Source: a virus | Length of the DNA: 64,000 nt | Virus record (IMG/VR): IMGVR_UViG_3300045988_135203 | Location: 49,699 to 113,698 of that record | Direction: 5' to 3' (one strand) | Shown: positions 27,774 to 38,844 of the stretch, piece after piece | Position numbering within the stretch: the first letter of the stretch is position 1 | Layout of the letters: every line of letters starts with the position of its first letter | Made by a program: the position numbers and the translations under genes | The notes under the pieces: model-generated | Told to the model about the DNA's origin: nothing | The model's input: the letters and a program-made list of their open reading frames with translations, nothing else | Database searches by the model: none

Positions 27774-30341
27774 ATGAATCCATTAGCAGATAAAGATTTT
27801 TTAAGAGAATTAGACCAAAATAGAGAACGAGAAGTTTTCGCTAAAATTGTGTCATTAGATTATAATGAAAATCCAATAGAAGAAATAACTGGACGCGTAA
27901 GTTCAGGAACGGTTAGCATAGATGGTTCTTCATCTGTGCGCCGTTCTTGCTCTTTGAGCTTAATTGCGCAAGAACTTAATATTCATGACTTCTATTGGGG
28001 ATTAACTACAAAGTTTAAATTATATTCTGGTTTAAAAAATAATATTAATTCTAAGTATCCTGATATTATTTGGTTTCCTCTGGGCATGTTTGTAATTTCA
28101 TCTTTTAATACTTCACAAAATATAAATTCTTATACAGTTTCAATTCAGGGTAAAGATAAAATGTGTTTACTTAATGGAACTCTTGGTGGAACTGTAATGT
28201 CATTAACTGCAGATTTTGGTACTGAAACGATAGAAGATGAAAGTGGAGAATCTTATAAACAAGATTTACCTATTAAAAATATTATCCGAGAAGTAGTTCA
28301 TGAATATGCAAGAGAGCCTTATCATAATATTATTATTAATGATTTAGATACTTATGGATTGGAATTAATGGAATATCGCGGTTCTTCCCCTATGTACATT
28401 CTTATTAACCAATCTGATGAAGCAGTTAATATCCGAATGGATTTATCAATGGATAATATGTATTTGGGTAAATATAAAGATGGTCGATATGTATGGAGTA
28501 TAAAACCAGGTGTATTTTTGGACAAACCAAAAATAATGATAGATGGATATAGTTTAGTAACTGTATATGATACTAGACTTGAATCTTTAGATGTAGAACA
28601 ACATCCAGATAGAATATCTATTTTTTATGGTGGAAAAGATAATGGCGGTAATGATAGTTATTATACTGTAATGAAAGCTGAATATGGTTCTTCTGTTGGA
28701 TATAAAGTAACCGAACTTACTTATTCAGGTGATTTAATTGCACAAGTTGGTAGCCCAGTAACAACTGCAGTATTAGATAAAATAGTTTCTATGCTTGGTG
28801 ATTTTGAATATTTTTATGATTTACAAGGTAGATTTATTTTTCAACGTAAGAAAACTTATATTAATACTTCTTGGAATAATATTCGTTCTGATTCAGAAAA
28901 TAAACAAGTTTATGTAGAATCTGCAGCTTATACTTCTGAGGTTACTTATTCATTTGAGAATTCTAGTTTAATTACTTCGTTTCAAAATAGTCCAGATTTT
29001 GATAATTTAAGAAATGATTATTCAATTTGGGGAACTAAAACAACAGTCAGTGGAAATGAAACTCCTGTACATCTTCGATATGCTTTAGATAAAAAACCTA
29101 TTAGATATATTAATTATGAAGGAGATATTTATTCTACAAATGAAGATAATGAGTTATTTATAGGACAAATACAATGCGATTGGCGTGAATTAATATATCA
29201 AATGGCTTCAGATTATATGAAGCATAATAGAGATGATGATTTTACGATTCAGGTAGGAAAAAATAATCCAGACTATTATCCTGATGGATATACAGGCTAT
29301 GAAGTTTATTATACTGATATATATAGTTTTTGGAGAGAATTATATAATCCAGATTATGAGAGTACTTATTCTATTTGTTATGTTACTAAAAGTAATTATG
29401 AACAAGCCATGAAAGATAAAAAAATTGAATATTATTGGTATGACCAATGCACTGATAAAACTGCATATATACCAGAGAATGATTATTTTTATAAAGATGC
29501 TTATGGAATATTCCAGAAGGTTCATTCAATGACCGCAGAGAAATTAAAAAATAATTCTTCATATTATTATACATTAATTAAATGTGATGAAACAATGCCA
29601 TATGTTAGTAATAGAGATTATTATATAAAATCTGAAGGGGACTATGTAACTTTAAAGAATTATAAAGATTTAGGAACTTCAATTAATAATATTGGTTGGA
29701 ATATTAATGTAATTAAACTTCCTCAACAACTAAATTTTTGGTTTGACTTTTTAGATACTGAAGGTGAATTAGACCAATATTCTGTACGTAATATTGGTAC
29801 TAGGCCGAAAGCTGAAAATGATTCTGATGTAAAAGCTATTTATTTTAGAGATATTCCTACAATCTTATTTCTTGGAATTGAAGATACAAAAGCGCAATTA
29901 AAAAGAGATTTAAAAATTAATTATGTAAATTATGGATTAACAAAACCGCAAGTAGAAGCAATGTCAGATAAACAATTAGAAGATTATATTATTGAAAATA
30001 ATTTAATTTCTAAATTAATAGCAAAGCAAAAAGATGAAATGCCTGGTTATGCTTTTATTCAATTACCAGATTATTTAGAAAATCTTTTTACAATAAGTAC
30101 ACAAGGTAAATGTGCTAAAGATTCACTTGATTCTTGGCTATATAAATATACTTATTGTACTGAAACTGTTTCTTTAACTTCAATTCCTATTTATTATTTA
30201 GAACCTAATACTAGAGTTTATATACATGATAATAATAGTGGAATAGATGGAGAGTATATAGTTGATAGAATTTCTTTACCACTTCAATATAGTGGTACAA
30301 TGAATATTTCAGCAACTAAAGCCGCTGAGAGAATTTATTAA
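27774..30341 (+). CDS. baseplate hub / tail-associated (Tal-like) protein (856 aa from ATG 27774)
   Basis: The track ORF starts at 27753, overlapping the upstream gene. ATG 27774 lies 4 nt after the upstream stop with GGTGGAA upstream. Position after the putative Dit is consistent with Tal/gp27-like hub proteins. No motif verified. Confidence 0.35.
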   Translation: MNPLADKDFLRELDQNREREVFAKIVSLDYNENPIEEITGRVSSGTVSIDGSSSVRRSCSLSLIAQELNIHDFYWGLTTKFKLYSGLKNNINSKYPDIIWFPLGMFVISSFNTSQNINSYTVSIQGKDKMCLLNGTLGGTVMSLTADFGTETIEDESGESYKQDLPIKNIIREVVHEYAREPYHNIIINDLDTYGLELMEYRGSSPMYILINQSDEAVNIRMDLSMDNMYLGKYKDGRYVWSIKPGVFLDKPKIMIDGYSLVTVYDTRLESLDVEQHPDRISIFYGGKDNGGNDSYYTVMKAEYGSSVGYKVTELTYSGDLIAQVGSPVTTAVLDKIVSMLGDFEYFYDLQGRFIFQRKKTYINTSWNNIRSDSENKQVYVESAAYTSEVTYSFENSSLITSFQNSPDFDNLRNDYSIWGTKTTVSGNETPVHLRYALDKKPIRYINYEGDIYSTNEDNELFIGQIQCDWRELIYQMASDYMKHNRDDDFTIQVGKNNPDYYPDGYTGYEVYYTDIYSFWRELYNPDYESTYSICYVTKSNYEQAMKDKKIEYYWYDQCTDKTAYIPENDYFYKDAYGIFQKVHSMTAEKLKNNSSYYYTLIKCDETMPYVSNRDYYIKSEGDYVTLKNYKDLGTSINNIGWNINVIKLPQQLNFWFDFLDTEGELDQYSVRNIGTRPKAENDSDVKAIYFRDIPTILFLGIEDTKAQLKRDLKINYVNYGLTKPQVEAMSDKQLEDYIIENNLISKLIAKQKDEMPGYAFIQLPDYLENLFTISTQGKCAKDSLDSWLYKYTYCTETVSLTSIPIYYLEPNTRVYIHDNNSGIDGEYIVDRISLPLQYSGTMNISATKAAERIY

Positions 30342-30357
30342 GGAGGTTAAGGAGAGA

Positions 30358-30726
30358 ATGGCTAATAGAATTAGACAATATCGTTTTTATAATAATAAAA
30401 ACGGAGCTAATAAAAATTACCCATCAAGCATTTCTATAAATAATGCTATTACAGACGTTACGTATGATTACTATACTAATGGTACTGTATTTGAAAATAA
30501 TTTTCCTATTCTACAGCTTGGTATTCAGGCTCCTCCTGGTACAAAGTTTAGAATAAACAATGGAGATTATATTATTATTGGCACTACTGGAATTTTTGAA
30601 TTAGACTTAGAGGGTAAAACAGAAATTACAAGTCTTGCTTTTGATTCTGTTTCTATGGCATTTATTAATGCTAATGATAATTTAAGTTTAATTGTTGATA
30701 CAATATATGATGATGGAAAGGAGTAA
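30358..30726 (+). CDS. small hypothetical tail protein (122 aa)
   Basis: RBS AAGGAGAGA. Sits between the hub-like gene and the 1794-aa fibre gene. Confidence 0.5.
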   Translation: MANRIRQYRFYNNKNGANKNYPSSISINNAITDVTYDYYTNGTVFENNFPILQLGIQAPPGTKFRINNGDYIIIGTTGIFELDLEGKTEITSLAFDSVSMAFINANDNLSLIVDTIYDDGKE

Positions 30727-30731
30727 AATAA

Positions 30732-33700
30732 ATGGGTTTTTATGGAAATATAACGAATACATCTAGAACTTCTTTCCAATTCGATAAAACATATTCAAGT
30801 CGATATGTTATGGACCAAGCTGTTGCAAGCGATGGTGTTTTTATTGGACGTTTTGTATTAATAGAATATGATAAGAACATTAACAAGCTTGACTATATTA
30901 CAGCTTACAAAAGAGTTGAAGGAAAGAGACCTATTTTTGGTGTTGGTTTTGACAAAAACAATGCTTTAAATAGATTTATTATTGGAACTACTAGACATGA
31001 TAATGTAATTCCAGATGGTACTGTTATTAGAGTACCTGGTAAAGAAAAAGATGGTACAAATTATTTTAATCATACCTATAAAGAAGTTAGTTTAACTAAA
31101 GAAAGTTATAAAATAAATACTTATTATATCTATGATGGCGGTGAATTTGTTTTATCTAAAGGGGCTTTTGATAGTTCAAAAATTTACTTTCAATTAACAT
31201 ACGGCGAAAGTGATGAATATTACATTGGACATGGAACTCTTAATGAAGAAGCACAATTTACTAGAATTAAAACCACAATTTCTGATACTAATAGTTCAAC
31301 TTATACAAATTATGTTTTTAATTTTGACTTAGATAATGGAATATATGGAGCTAGTAGAGGATATGATTCTACTGTATGGCAAAAAGTATATACAGATAAT
31401 GTTCAAAAATATGTAATGGTTGCGGAATTAAATTCTGTAGTTCCTACTTTCGATGTATCTGCGGATGCACCTACTCAAATACCAATGGTTCCTCATTTTG
31501 ATACGGATAGTACCAATGTATATTATAAATTACATTGGCAACCTGCTTGGGGATTAAGAGTTAAATCTTCTCTTAATAATTTACGTTCAACACAATTAAA
31601 TCCAGATGGAACGGCTATTAATGGAACAAGTATTCTTATGTCAGATAATTTAAAAGAATATCCATCAGATGTAACAACTACTTGGGTTAAACAGGAATAT
31701 GATCCTCAAACTGGTGATATGGTTTCTAGCTATCTAAGTTATGAAGAACCAAATAATGACTACGATAATAATGGTATATGGAAGCAACAACTCCAGGACG
31801 AAGAAATTACACCTATACCTGCCGCAATTTATTTCAATAAAGCCGGATTTAATTCAGAAACAATTAGCTATAGTGGTGATAAAAACTATGAAGGTTGGGG
31901 AGAAAATAAAAAAGTTACTGATGAAATTAATGTTCTTCCTACCGGTAAAAGTGGTCACCAATACAACCCGCATGATGGTACTGTAGATAAACAATCTAAA
32001 GTAGATACTCAAGAATTAGAAGTAATGCTTCCTTCTCTTGGCGATAGTGTTGCTAAAATGTGGGATTTAGTTTATGGCGGAAGAGATACTTCTGAAGGTA
32101 TTAAAAAAACTGGTCGTCGCAATACTGATATAAATTGGGAAGATGGCTATGCAGTTTTAAATCGTCAAGGACTTCGTATGGTAAAAGATACAAATGAATC
32201 TACTCCATATGTTAAAGATAAAGGTGATAATAAATATAATAAAGCTGCAATTAATACATTAGCAGGATGTATAAATTCAGTTCATGACCTTATGGGTATG
32301 ATTATTATGCCTAAGAATGGTGCAGAAATAGATTCTGAAATAGAAAGCTATGATATTGATAAAATTTATTATAGTACCAATACTCATCAGTATTATAGAA
32401 AGCATCAAACTTATACTTATGATAATATTCCTTTTACTAGTGATAATTATATTATGAAAGTTGTAGATATAGATGCAGAAAACTATTTACCTGGTTTATA
32501 TTATATTAGTACAGCAACAGGAAATAATGTAAGACCAGAAAATTGCTCTATTTCTAATGATAATTATGATTCTACAAAAATTTATTACTTGAAGCAATTA
32601 AAGAAAGAAATTTCTGATGAAAAGGTAGTAGTAGATAATCGTTTACTAGATTTTTCTAAAGGTGATTATTGGTTTGGTGAAAATCCTACTGGTAGTTATA
32701 TTAAAGGAGATATACCATTTCAGAATTATATTAAAGATTCTACATATCATAAAGGAAAAGTTTATTATACAATTAAAAATCCAACTAAAGAAGATTTAAT
32801 GGATGATTACAAAAAAGGAACTTTATACTGCTCATATGGTACTAGAAAATTCTTTAATGCTACTCTTAACAAAGAAGAAGTTTGGACTAATGGTTATGAA
32901 TTATGTTTAGATGAAAAATACGACGATAGTAAAGAATACTATAAAATTAAAAAGGTATATTCTTTAAAAGAAGCTAATTTTGATGGTATTTATTTACCAG
33001 GAGTTTTTTATTATAAAGCTTTAGCTAGTAGTCCAACTCGTGAACCTTGGGACCCAGTAGAAAATAAAAATGATGAATTTGTATATGCTCTTGATACAAC
33101 TTTAAGAGGAACTGGTACTGAAACAAATACTACTGAAAGAACTCATTATGCAATTACTACTGAATCTGCTTCTGGCGGAAATAATAATACTTATATTTTA
33201 GTTACAGAATATCGTAAAATAACATTGACAGAAAAGAATTATGTTAAAAATAAATATTATTATTATGTTAATGGTAATGCAACTTCAATTAGTTATAATT
33301 TATTTAAAGATGTACCTGAAAATATTAGAAATAATGCTTATGAAAAGATTCTAGTTTATAAACGAGCAGATACAGAAACAGTTATTATTAATGAAAATAA
33401 TCCTCTTCAATTAAGACCATATGATGAATCTGAACAGTGGTACAAAAGAAAAATAGATAATAAAACTGGTGAAATTACTTATGGTTTATTAGATATTAGT
33501 AATGTTGATAGGTCTTGTACAGAGGATTATTATACTTTTGTAAATCCTATTGATAAATCACAAGTAGGAATTGAAAAAGTTAATAGATTCTATACTCCAA
33601 GTAAATATTATTATAAGATTACAGATAAAAATAGCGAGTTTAAAGATAGTTATTTAATTGATAATCAAGAGCATATTGAACGTGATGAAAACGTTACTGA

Positions 33701-36116
33701 TTTTTATTATACCATTAATCCAAATTCTATTACTAAGATTGGCGGAGCAGATAAATTTTTTGACCCAACAACTTATTATGATGAAAATGGTAACTTGGTA
33801 ACAACAAAACCTGCAAATGGAACTACTATATATAAAAAACGTAATGTATATGTAGTAGAAGACTCATTAGGACAATATCCAAAAGGAACGCCTTGGAGCA
33901 AAGATATTTTATCTGTTCCTGCTTCAATTACTTTAGGTATTCGTGATGATGCATATGATGCTAAACCACTGGAAGGATTTGCTGATACATTAAATACAAT
34001 ACATGGTCTAATTCTTCGTATTAATAATGTTTTAGAATCAGGAGATGAGCTTACAAGAAATACTGATACTGTACAAGGTTGCATTAATAGTATTAAAGAT
34101 ATTCTTGTTAAAATTGATGCTCTTAAACCATCAGAAATGGTTGTTGTTGATGCTTATGGTAGAATACATAGTGCTAAATGTGATACAAGACAGATGGCAA
34201 CTGCGGATATATTTAAAGAAACCAACAGAGATGATGGAGTCAAGGGAGATAAATTTGCTAAAACCGCAAGTTTAGAATCCATGAAAAATCAATGGTTGAC
34301 CTTATACATTAATGACAATCCTTCAGAACCTAAATTAATTTTAAGACATAATTTCCAACCAGTAGAAGATACAAGCAATGCTTCTAATTTAAATGATGCC
34401 AATACTAATACTATTAATTTATATACTCCAATAGTAGATAAAATGGGACATGTAGTTGGTAAAAATACTAAAACTGTTACATTGCCTTATGGATTTAAAA
34501 AAGTAATTAGTAATGGAAGAGGAAATTCTGTTGCGATAAATACTGGTGCTGTAAGTAGCTCTACTTTAACCGCAAAAAATACTCAAGACAGTTTAACAAT
34601 TAATTCTGGAAATAAATGGGTTAGAATTGATGGAGATGCTAATACAAATAGTTTATCAATTTCACATGATGTTCATAGCTTTTCTAATGGCAAAGCTAAT
34701 ACTAATTATGGACTAACCAGTAGTAAATCTATTCAGGAATTAGATTCTAATAATACTTTTACTATTCCATATTTTCAATTTGACGAAGCTGGTCATATTA
34801 TTAGTGCGGGAAATAATACTGTAACTGTTCCAGAAGTATTTGCTACAATTAAAGTTTCAACTAGTACAGATATAGGAAATTCAACTGCGGGTATAGCTGG
34901 TTCTTGTGTTGCAGATAGTCTACAAGATACTTTAACTTTAGCCGAGGGAAACAAATGGATTAATCTAGTAGCAGACGAAGTTAATGATAAGATTACATTT
35001 TATCATTATGCTCAAGCTTTTACGCAATCTACTCAAACAACTAATTTTAATGATGCAAGTGTAGGGAATACATTTGCTATTCAGGTTATTGAATGGGATG
35101 AAGCTGGTCATTTAACAAGTAGTATTAAAAATACTTTTACTTTGCCAAACGCATTTTCAAGTGTAAAAATCGGAAGCTCCTCTTCAACTGAGGTTACGGA
35201 GATAGCAGCCGCCAATGGCGCAGTGAATGCAAGCGCAATAAAAGATGAAATTACTTTCAACGTTGGAAATAGATGGTTAAAAGCAAAAGTTGATGGCAAA
35301 ACTATTACTTTCGCGCATGCAGCTCCAGATACTAGAAGTAGTTCTACATCTTCTTCAATGGCTAATACGCAAACACCAAGCTTTGGAAATACTTTTAATA
35401 TTCCAGTAATAAAATATGACCAGATGGGACATATTTTCTCGGTTGGAACTACTACTGTTAAAATTCCAAATATTACTTTTACTGGTGGTATAGGTAATGT
35501 TGTTACTGAGTTAACTTATAATAATGGTGCTTTTACTTTATCTAAAGCTAATATTGGAACTTTAGCTATTACAGGATATACTGCTGTTACTAACGGTCAT
35601 ATTAGTGCGACAGATAGTTTAAATAGCGCTTTAAATAAATTAGATTCTGCTATTACAAGTGAGATTTCTAATAGACAAAATGCAATTAATAGTTTAGGCA
35701 TGAATGAAATTAGTGCTGATACGGGAGAAATTATTAGTTCGATTAAACAAACTAATGGCTTAGTTAGTGCAACCTCTCGTAAATTAACGAAAGATGATAT
35801 TACTCCTTTACTTACTGATTATAGTACATCTAATCAAATTGCAAATGTGTATGTTACCAAAGACTCTCTTGGAACTATGTCTAGTAAGAATGCGGATTCT
35901 TATTATACAAAAACAGAAATTGATAATAAAGGTTATTTTACTTCTGCTGATACTTATACAAAAGCAGAAATTGATGACAAAGGTTATTTAACTAAAGATT
36001 CTACTTTAGAATATAGTCAGAATGATATTACTTCTACTACAATTACTATTCAAGCTTTAGCTAAAAAAGTAGCAGAATTAGAAGCTAAAATTGCACAATT
36101 AACTCCAACTATTTAA
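30732..36116 (+). CDS. tail fibre protein, 1794 aa, with four tandem ~75-aa repeats and C-terminal YTKxEID fibre repeats
   Basis: Four repeats at ~34390-35470 share GN(K/R)W(I/V/L)..(D/V)........H..........GNTF.IP....D..GH...(S/A/V)......T(V/L/I)..P. C-terminal YYTKTEIDNKGYFTSADTYTKAEIDDKGYLTKD resembles Phage_fiber_2-type repeats. The last residues (ITIQALAKKVAELEAKIAQL) are coiled-coil-like. Confidence 0.75.
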   Translation: MGFYGNITNTSRTSFQFDKTYSSRYVMDQAVASDGVFIGRFVLIEYDKNINKLDYITAYKRVEGKRPIFGVGFDKNNALNRFIIGTTRHDNVIPDGTVIRVPGKEKDGTNYFNHTYKEVSLTKESYKINTYYIYDGGEFVLSKGAFDSSKIYFQLTYGESDEYYIGHGTLNEEAQFTRIKTTISDTNSSTYTNYVFNFDLDNGIYGASRGYDSTVWQKVYTDNVQKYVMVAELNSVVPTFDVSADAPTQIPMVPHFDTDSTNVYYKLHWQPAWGLRVKSSLNNLRSTQLNPDGTAINGTSILMSDNLKEYPSDVTTTWVKQEYDPQTGDMVSSYLSYEEPNNDYDNNGIWKQQLQDEEITPIPAAIYFNKAGFNSETISYSGDKNYEGWGENKKVTDEINVLPTGKSGHQYNPHDGTVDKQSKVDTQELEVMLPSLGDSVAKMWDLVYGGRDTSEGIKKTGRRNTDINWEDGYAVLNRQGLRMVKDTNESTPYVKDKGDNKYNKAAINTLAGCINSVHDLMGMIIMPKNGAEIDSEIESYDIDKIYYSTNTHQYYRKHQTYTYDNIPFTSDNYIMKVVDIDAENYLPGLYYISTATGNNVRPENCSISNDNYDSTKIYYLKQLKKEISDEKVVVDNRLLDFSKGDYWFGENPTGSYIKGDIPFQNYIKDSTYHKGKVYYTIKNPTKEDLMDDYKKGTLYCSYGTRKFFNATLNKEEVWTNGYELCLDEKYDDSKEYYKIKKVYSLKEANFDGIYLPGVFYYKALASSPTREPWDPVENKNDEFVYALDTTLRGTGTETNTTERTHYAITTESASGGNNNTYILVTEYRKITLTEKNYVKNKYYYYVNGNATSISYNLFKDVPENIRNNAYEKILVYKRADTETVIINENNPLQLRPYDESEQWYKRKIDNKTGEITYGLLDISNVDRSCTEDYYTFVNPIDKSQVGIEKVNRFYTPSKYYYKITDKNSEFKDSYLIDNQEHIERDENVTDFYYTINPNSITKIGGADKFFDPTTYYDENGNLVTTKPANGTTIYKKRNVYVVEDSLGQYPKGTPWSKDILSVPASITLGIRDDAYDAKPLEGFADTLNTIHGLILRINNVLESGDELTRNTDTVQGCINSIKDILVKIDALKPSEMVVVDAYGRIHSAKCDTRQMATADIFKETNRDDGVKGDKFAKTASLESMKNQWLTLYINDNPSEPKLILRHNFQPVEDTSNASNLNDANTNTINLYTPIVDKMGHVVGKNTKTVTLPYGFKKVISNGRGNSVAINTGAVSSSTLTAKNTQDSLTINSGNKWVRIDGDANTNSLSISHDVHSFSNGKANTNYGLTSSKSIQELDSNNTFTIPYFQFDEAGHIISAGNNTVTVPEVFATIKVSTSTDIGNSTAGIAGSCVADSLQDTLTLAEGNKWINLVADEVNDKITFYHYAQAFTQSTQTTNFNDASVGNTFAIQVIEWDEAGHLTSSIKNTFTLPNAFSSVKIGSSSSTEVTEIAAANGAVNASAIKDEITFNVGNRWLKAKVDGKTITFAHAAPDTRSSSTSSSMANTQTPSFGNTFNIPVIKYDQMGHIFSVGTTTVKIPNITFTGGIGNVVTELTYNNGAFTLSKANIGTLAITGYTAVTNGHISATDSLNSALNKLDSAITSEISNRQNAINSLGMNEISADTGEIISSIKQTNGLVSATSRKLTKDDITPLLTDYSTSNQIANVYVTKDSLGTMSSKNADSYYTKTEIDNKGYFTSADTYTKAEIDDKGYLTKDSTLEYSQNDITSTTITIQALAKKVAELEAKIAQLTPTI

Positions 36117-36120
36117 AAAT

Positions 36121-36152
36121 AAGTCTGGCCGCAAGGTCAGACTTATTTAATT
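36121..36152 (+). terminator. rho-independent terminator (AAGTCTGGCC / GGTCAGACTT)
   Basis: 10-bp stem with one G-U pair, GCAA loop, followed by ATTTAATT. Confidence 0.6.
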
Positions 36153-36203
36153 ATACTTTTTTAAAACTAAAAATAAATAGAGAGAACAAAGGAGGTAATC
36201 ATT

Positions 36204-37115
36204 TTGGCTTACACAACAAAATTAGGCAACTATGTTAAGTTTATGCGTGGCACGCCAAAAGACTGGGCTGCTTTAACTAAAGCAGAAAAAGATTTAGATA
36301 CTCTTTATTTTATCTCTGAACCTGAAGGGGAAGAAGGAAAACTTTATTTAGGTCCTAAATTAATTGCGGGCGGAGGTAGTGGCACTTCTGTTGGCTCTTT
36401 AAAGGATTTACAAGATATTTTACTTTCTGAAAGTATTGAAGCTAATTCATTTTTAGTATATGATTCTGAAAGTAAAAAATGGGTAAATAAAGCCGCTTCT
36501 CAGGTTTTAGCATCTATTGCTACTTTAATGAAAGGTGCTACAGCTGATAAAGATGGAGAAGCTGGATTGGTGCCAGTTCCGGCTCAAGGACAGCAAAATC
36601 TTTTTTTAAGAGGTGATGCTACGTGGGCTGACCCAACTACTGAATTAAAAGCTACTGTTACAACTTTAATTGGCGAAGATACTGATAAATCAATTAGACA
36701 GATAGCTAGAAGTGAAATTCAGACAGTTATTGGTACAGCTTCAGATGCATTTGATACTTTAGGTGAAATCGAGACATGGATTAAGAATCACGAATCCGCA
36801 GTTAACTTACTTGATTTAAACAATAAAGTAACAAACTTAAATAATGTCGTTATTAATGGTATCACAGGCGACGATGGGGAAATTAAAGCCCCAAGTTTAG
36901 TAAAACAAGTTTCTGACTTAAATACTGAATTTAAGACTTTAAATGAAACTGTGAATGGTACAGAAAGTAATCCAACTTCTGGACTAGTTTATGTTACTAA
37001 TAATTTAAAAGATACCGTATCAATTCTCACTAAAACTACTACTACACATACAAAAGAAATTAGTGAGATTCAAGAGAAACTTCGTTGGCAAGATTTAGTA
37101 CTTGCAAACGAATAA
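36204..37115 (+). CDS. tail fibre protein (303 aa; TTG start)
   Basis: RBS AAAGGAGG upstream of TTG. Contains the GLVPVPAQGQQNLFLRGDATWADP motif that I recall as characteristic of phage tail-fibre or collar-fibre N-terminal domains. Confidence 0.55.
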   Translation: MAYTTKLGNYVKFMRGTPKDWAALTKAEKDLDTLYFISEPEGEEGKLYLGPKLIAGGGSGTSVGSLKDLQDILLSESIEANSFLVYDSESKKWVNKAASQVLASIATLMKGATADKDGEAGLVPVPAQGQQNLFLRGDATWADPTTELKATVTTLIGEDTDKSIRQIARSEIQTVIGTASDAFDTLGEIETWIKNHESAVNLLDLNNKVTNLNNVVINGITGDDGEIKAPSLVKQVSDLNTEFKTLNETVNGTESNPTSGLVYVTNNLKDTVSILTKTTTTHTKEISEIQEKLRWQDLVLANE

Positions 37116-37134
37116 TTAAAAGGGGGAATAATTC

Positions 37135-38727
37135 ATGGCTAATGTTGGTTTTAAACTTGGTACCCAAGCCAAAGTTGATGCCTTACTAAAAACTCCTGGT
37201 ACCTCAGTCGTAGAAGGTAGTTTTTATTTAACCAGTGACACTCATAGACTATATATCGGACAGAAAGCAACCGCTGAAGATACGAACGCGCAGTTGTTCC
37301 CAGTAAATGAAGGTGTTATTACAGTTGCTAATGTAGCTGACCTTCCTACTGTTTCTGAAGCTGATAAACCAGTATATGCAGGACGTTTTTATTACGTAAC
37401 AAACGGTAACATTCTTTGTGTATATAGTGGTAAATCATGGGTTCAAATTAATACTAATACTGATACAGTTATTAGTACTCATAGCTATTCAGTAGATGGT
37501 GGAACAATTACAAATAAAATTCATCTTTCCAATGGAAAAGATACAGATGCTAAATTTACGGTAGCAGGAACTAATGGTATTCAGATTACTGGTACAGGCA
37601 CAACATTAACAATTACTGGAGATAAATATTCTTTATCTAGTACAGTAGCCGGCAATAAAGCAACAGTAAAATTAGATTCTGCAAATACAACTAATGATAC
37701 TTCAGTAGTATTAGCTGGTGGAGATAATGTAACTATTACTCAAGATGCTGATACAAAAGAAGTTACAATTAAATCTAATAATACAAAACTTAGTAGCTTA
37801 ACAGGTGCGGCAGCTGCAGAAGGATTTACTATTACAGGTAATAACTCTGATGGTAGTAAAACTATCGCCGCAACCATTAATCCACAAATTAAAGTAGGTA
37901 AAACTACACAGCCAGTAGCAAAATTTGTTAATGGTACTGCTACATTAGATGTATATAGTACAAAAGACATTGATGATAAGATGAAAGCTCTTAACGCAAT
38001 GGTTTATAAGGGTACTCTTGGAAAAAAAGGTACTGTAGCAGCATTGCCAACAGCTAACGTTTGTATCGGTGACACTTATCTTGCCGCAGAGGATGTTACA
38101 ATTAATGAACATACTGTACATACTGGTTCTCTTATAATTGCTAGAGGTACTGAAGATGCTTCTGGTTTTATTACAACTGAGACTTTAGTATGGGATATTG
38201 TTGAAAGCACTAAAGATTCTGATACACAATACAAATTCCAAACTATTGCAGGTGGTATTAAATTACATGCTAGCACAGGACCAGATGCTGGTCAATTAGT
38301 AATTAATGGAGGCACTGATGTAGCTGTGGCTTCAGCTAGCGCTGATGCATCACTTAATCAGACATTAACTGTAAATCATAAAGCTGTTACAAGAGCTGAT
38401 AGTGCTGATACAGCTTTAACTCAGACTAAAAATGCAAGTACAGATGTAACAGTAATAACTGGTGTAACAACTAGTGCAACAGGACATGTTACTGGAGTTA
38501 AAACTAAAAAAATAACACTTGTAGATAGTAATACAAAACTTACATCTGTTAGTAATTCAGTTACAGCTACAGGCAATATTGCAACTGTTACTTCTACAGT
38601 GAAAGGTACTTTAGGCGCTGGTGCTGAAACTAAAGCCACAGGCGCTTTTACTGTAGCTAGTACTTCTATGACTGTAACTGGTTCAAATAACCAAGTAAAT
38701 ATTGATTTAACTTGGGGCACTTTCTAA
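37135..38727 (+). CDS. tail fibre protein (530 aa), Thr/Ala/Gly/Val-rich beta-rich shaft
   Basis: RBS AAAGGGGGAATAA. Composition and repetitive T/V/G/A-rich segments are typical of fibre shafts. Adjacent to other fibre genes. Confidence 0.55.
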   Translation: MANVGFKLGTQAKVDALLKTPGTSVVEGSFYLTSDTHRLYIGQKATAEDTNAQLFPVNEGVITVANVADLPTVSEADKPVYAGRFYYVTNGNILCVYSGKSWVQINTNTDTVISTHSYSVDGGTITNKIHLSNGKDTDAKFTVAGTNGIQITGTGTTLTITGDKYSLSSTVAGNKATVKLDSANTTNDTSVVLAGGDNVTITQDADTKEVTIKSNNTKLSSLTGAAAAEGFTITGNNSDGSKTIAATINPQIKVGKTTQPVAKFVNGTATLDVYSTKDIDDKMKALNAMVYKGTLGKKGTVAALPTANVCIGDTYLAAEDVTINEHTVHTGSLIIARGTEDASGFITTETLVWDIVESTKDSDTQYKFQTIAGGIKLHASTGPDAGQLVINGGTDVAVASASADASLNQTLTVNHKAVTRADSADTALTQTKNASTDVTVITGVTTSATGHVTGVKTKKITLVDSNTKLTSVSNSVTATGNIATVTSTVKGTLGAGAETKATGAFTVASTSMTVTGSNNQVNIDLTWGTF

Positions 38728-38771
38728 TAATTGATTAAAAATAACTTTTAATTCTATTAGAGAGATTGGAA

Positions 38772-38816
38772 CGGAAGAGAAATGTTTGTTTCATTTCTCT
38801 TCCGTTTTTTTACTTT
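38772..38816 (+). terminator. rho-independent terminator (ACGGAAGAGAAATG / CATTTCTCTTCCGT followed by a T-tract)
   Basis: 14-bp perfect stem with a 7-nt loop, followed by TTTTTT. Confidence 0.8.
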
Positions 38817-38844
38817 ATATAAAAAGATAGAAAGGAGATACCGC

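Noticed and set aside
31741-31986. Small same-strand alternative-frame ORFs inside large genes (31741-31986, 34045-34275, 35794-35991, 43943-44125 and others)
   Set aside because: They are embedded in the coding frame of much longer genes, have no RBS, and give Leu/Ile/Lys-rich nonsense translations. They are considered spurious.
38782-38844. Track start codon of the 2647-aa ORF at 38782 (MFVSFLFRFFTLYKK...)
   Set aside because: These 21 codons lie inside the 38772-38816 terminator hairpin and T-tract and have no RBS. ATG 38845 has AAAGGAGA 6 nt upstream. The CDS therefore starts at 38845.
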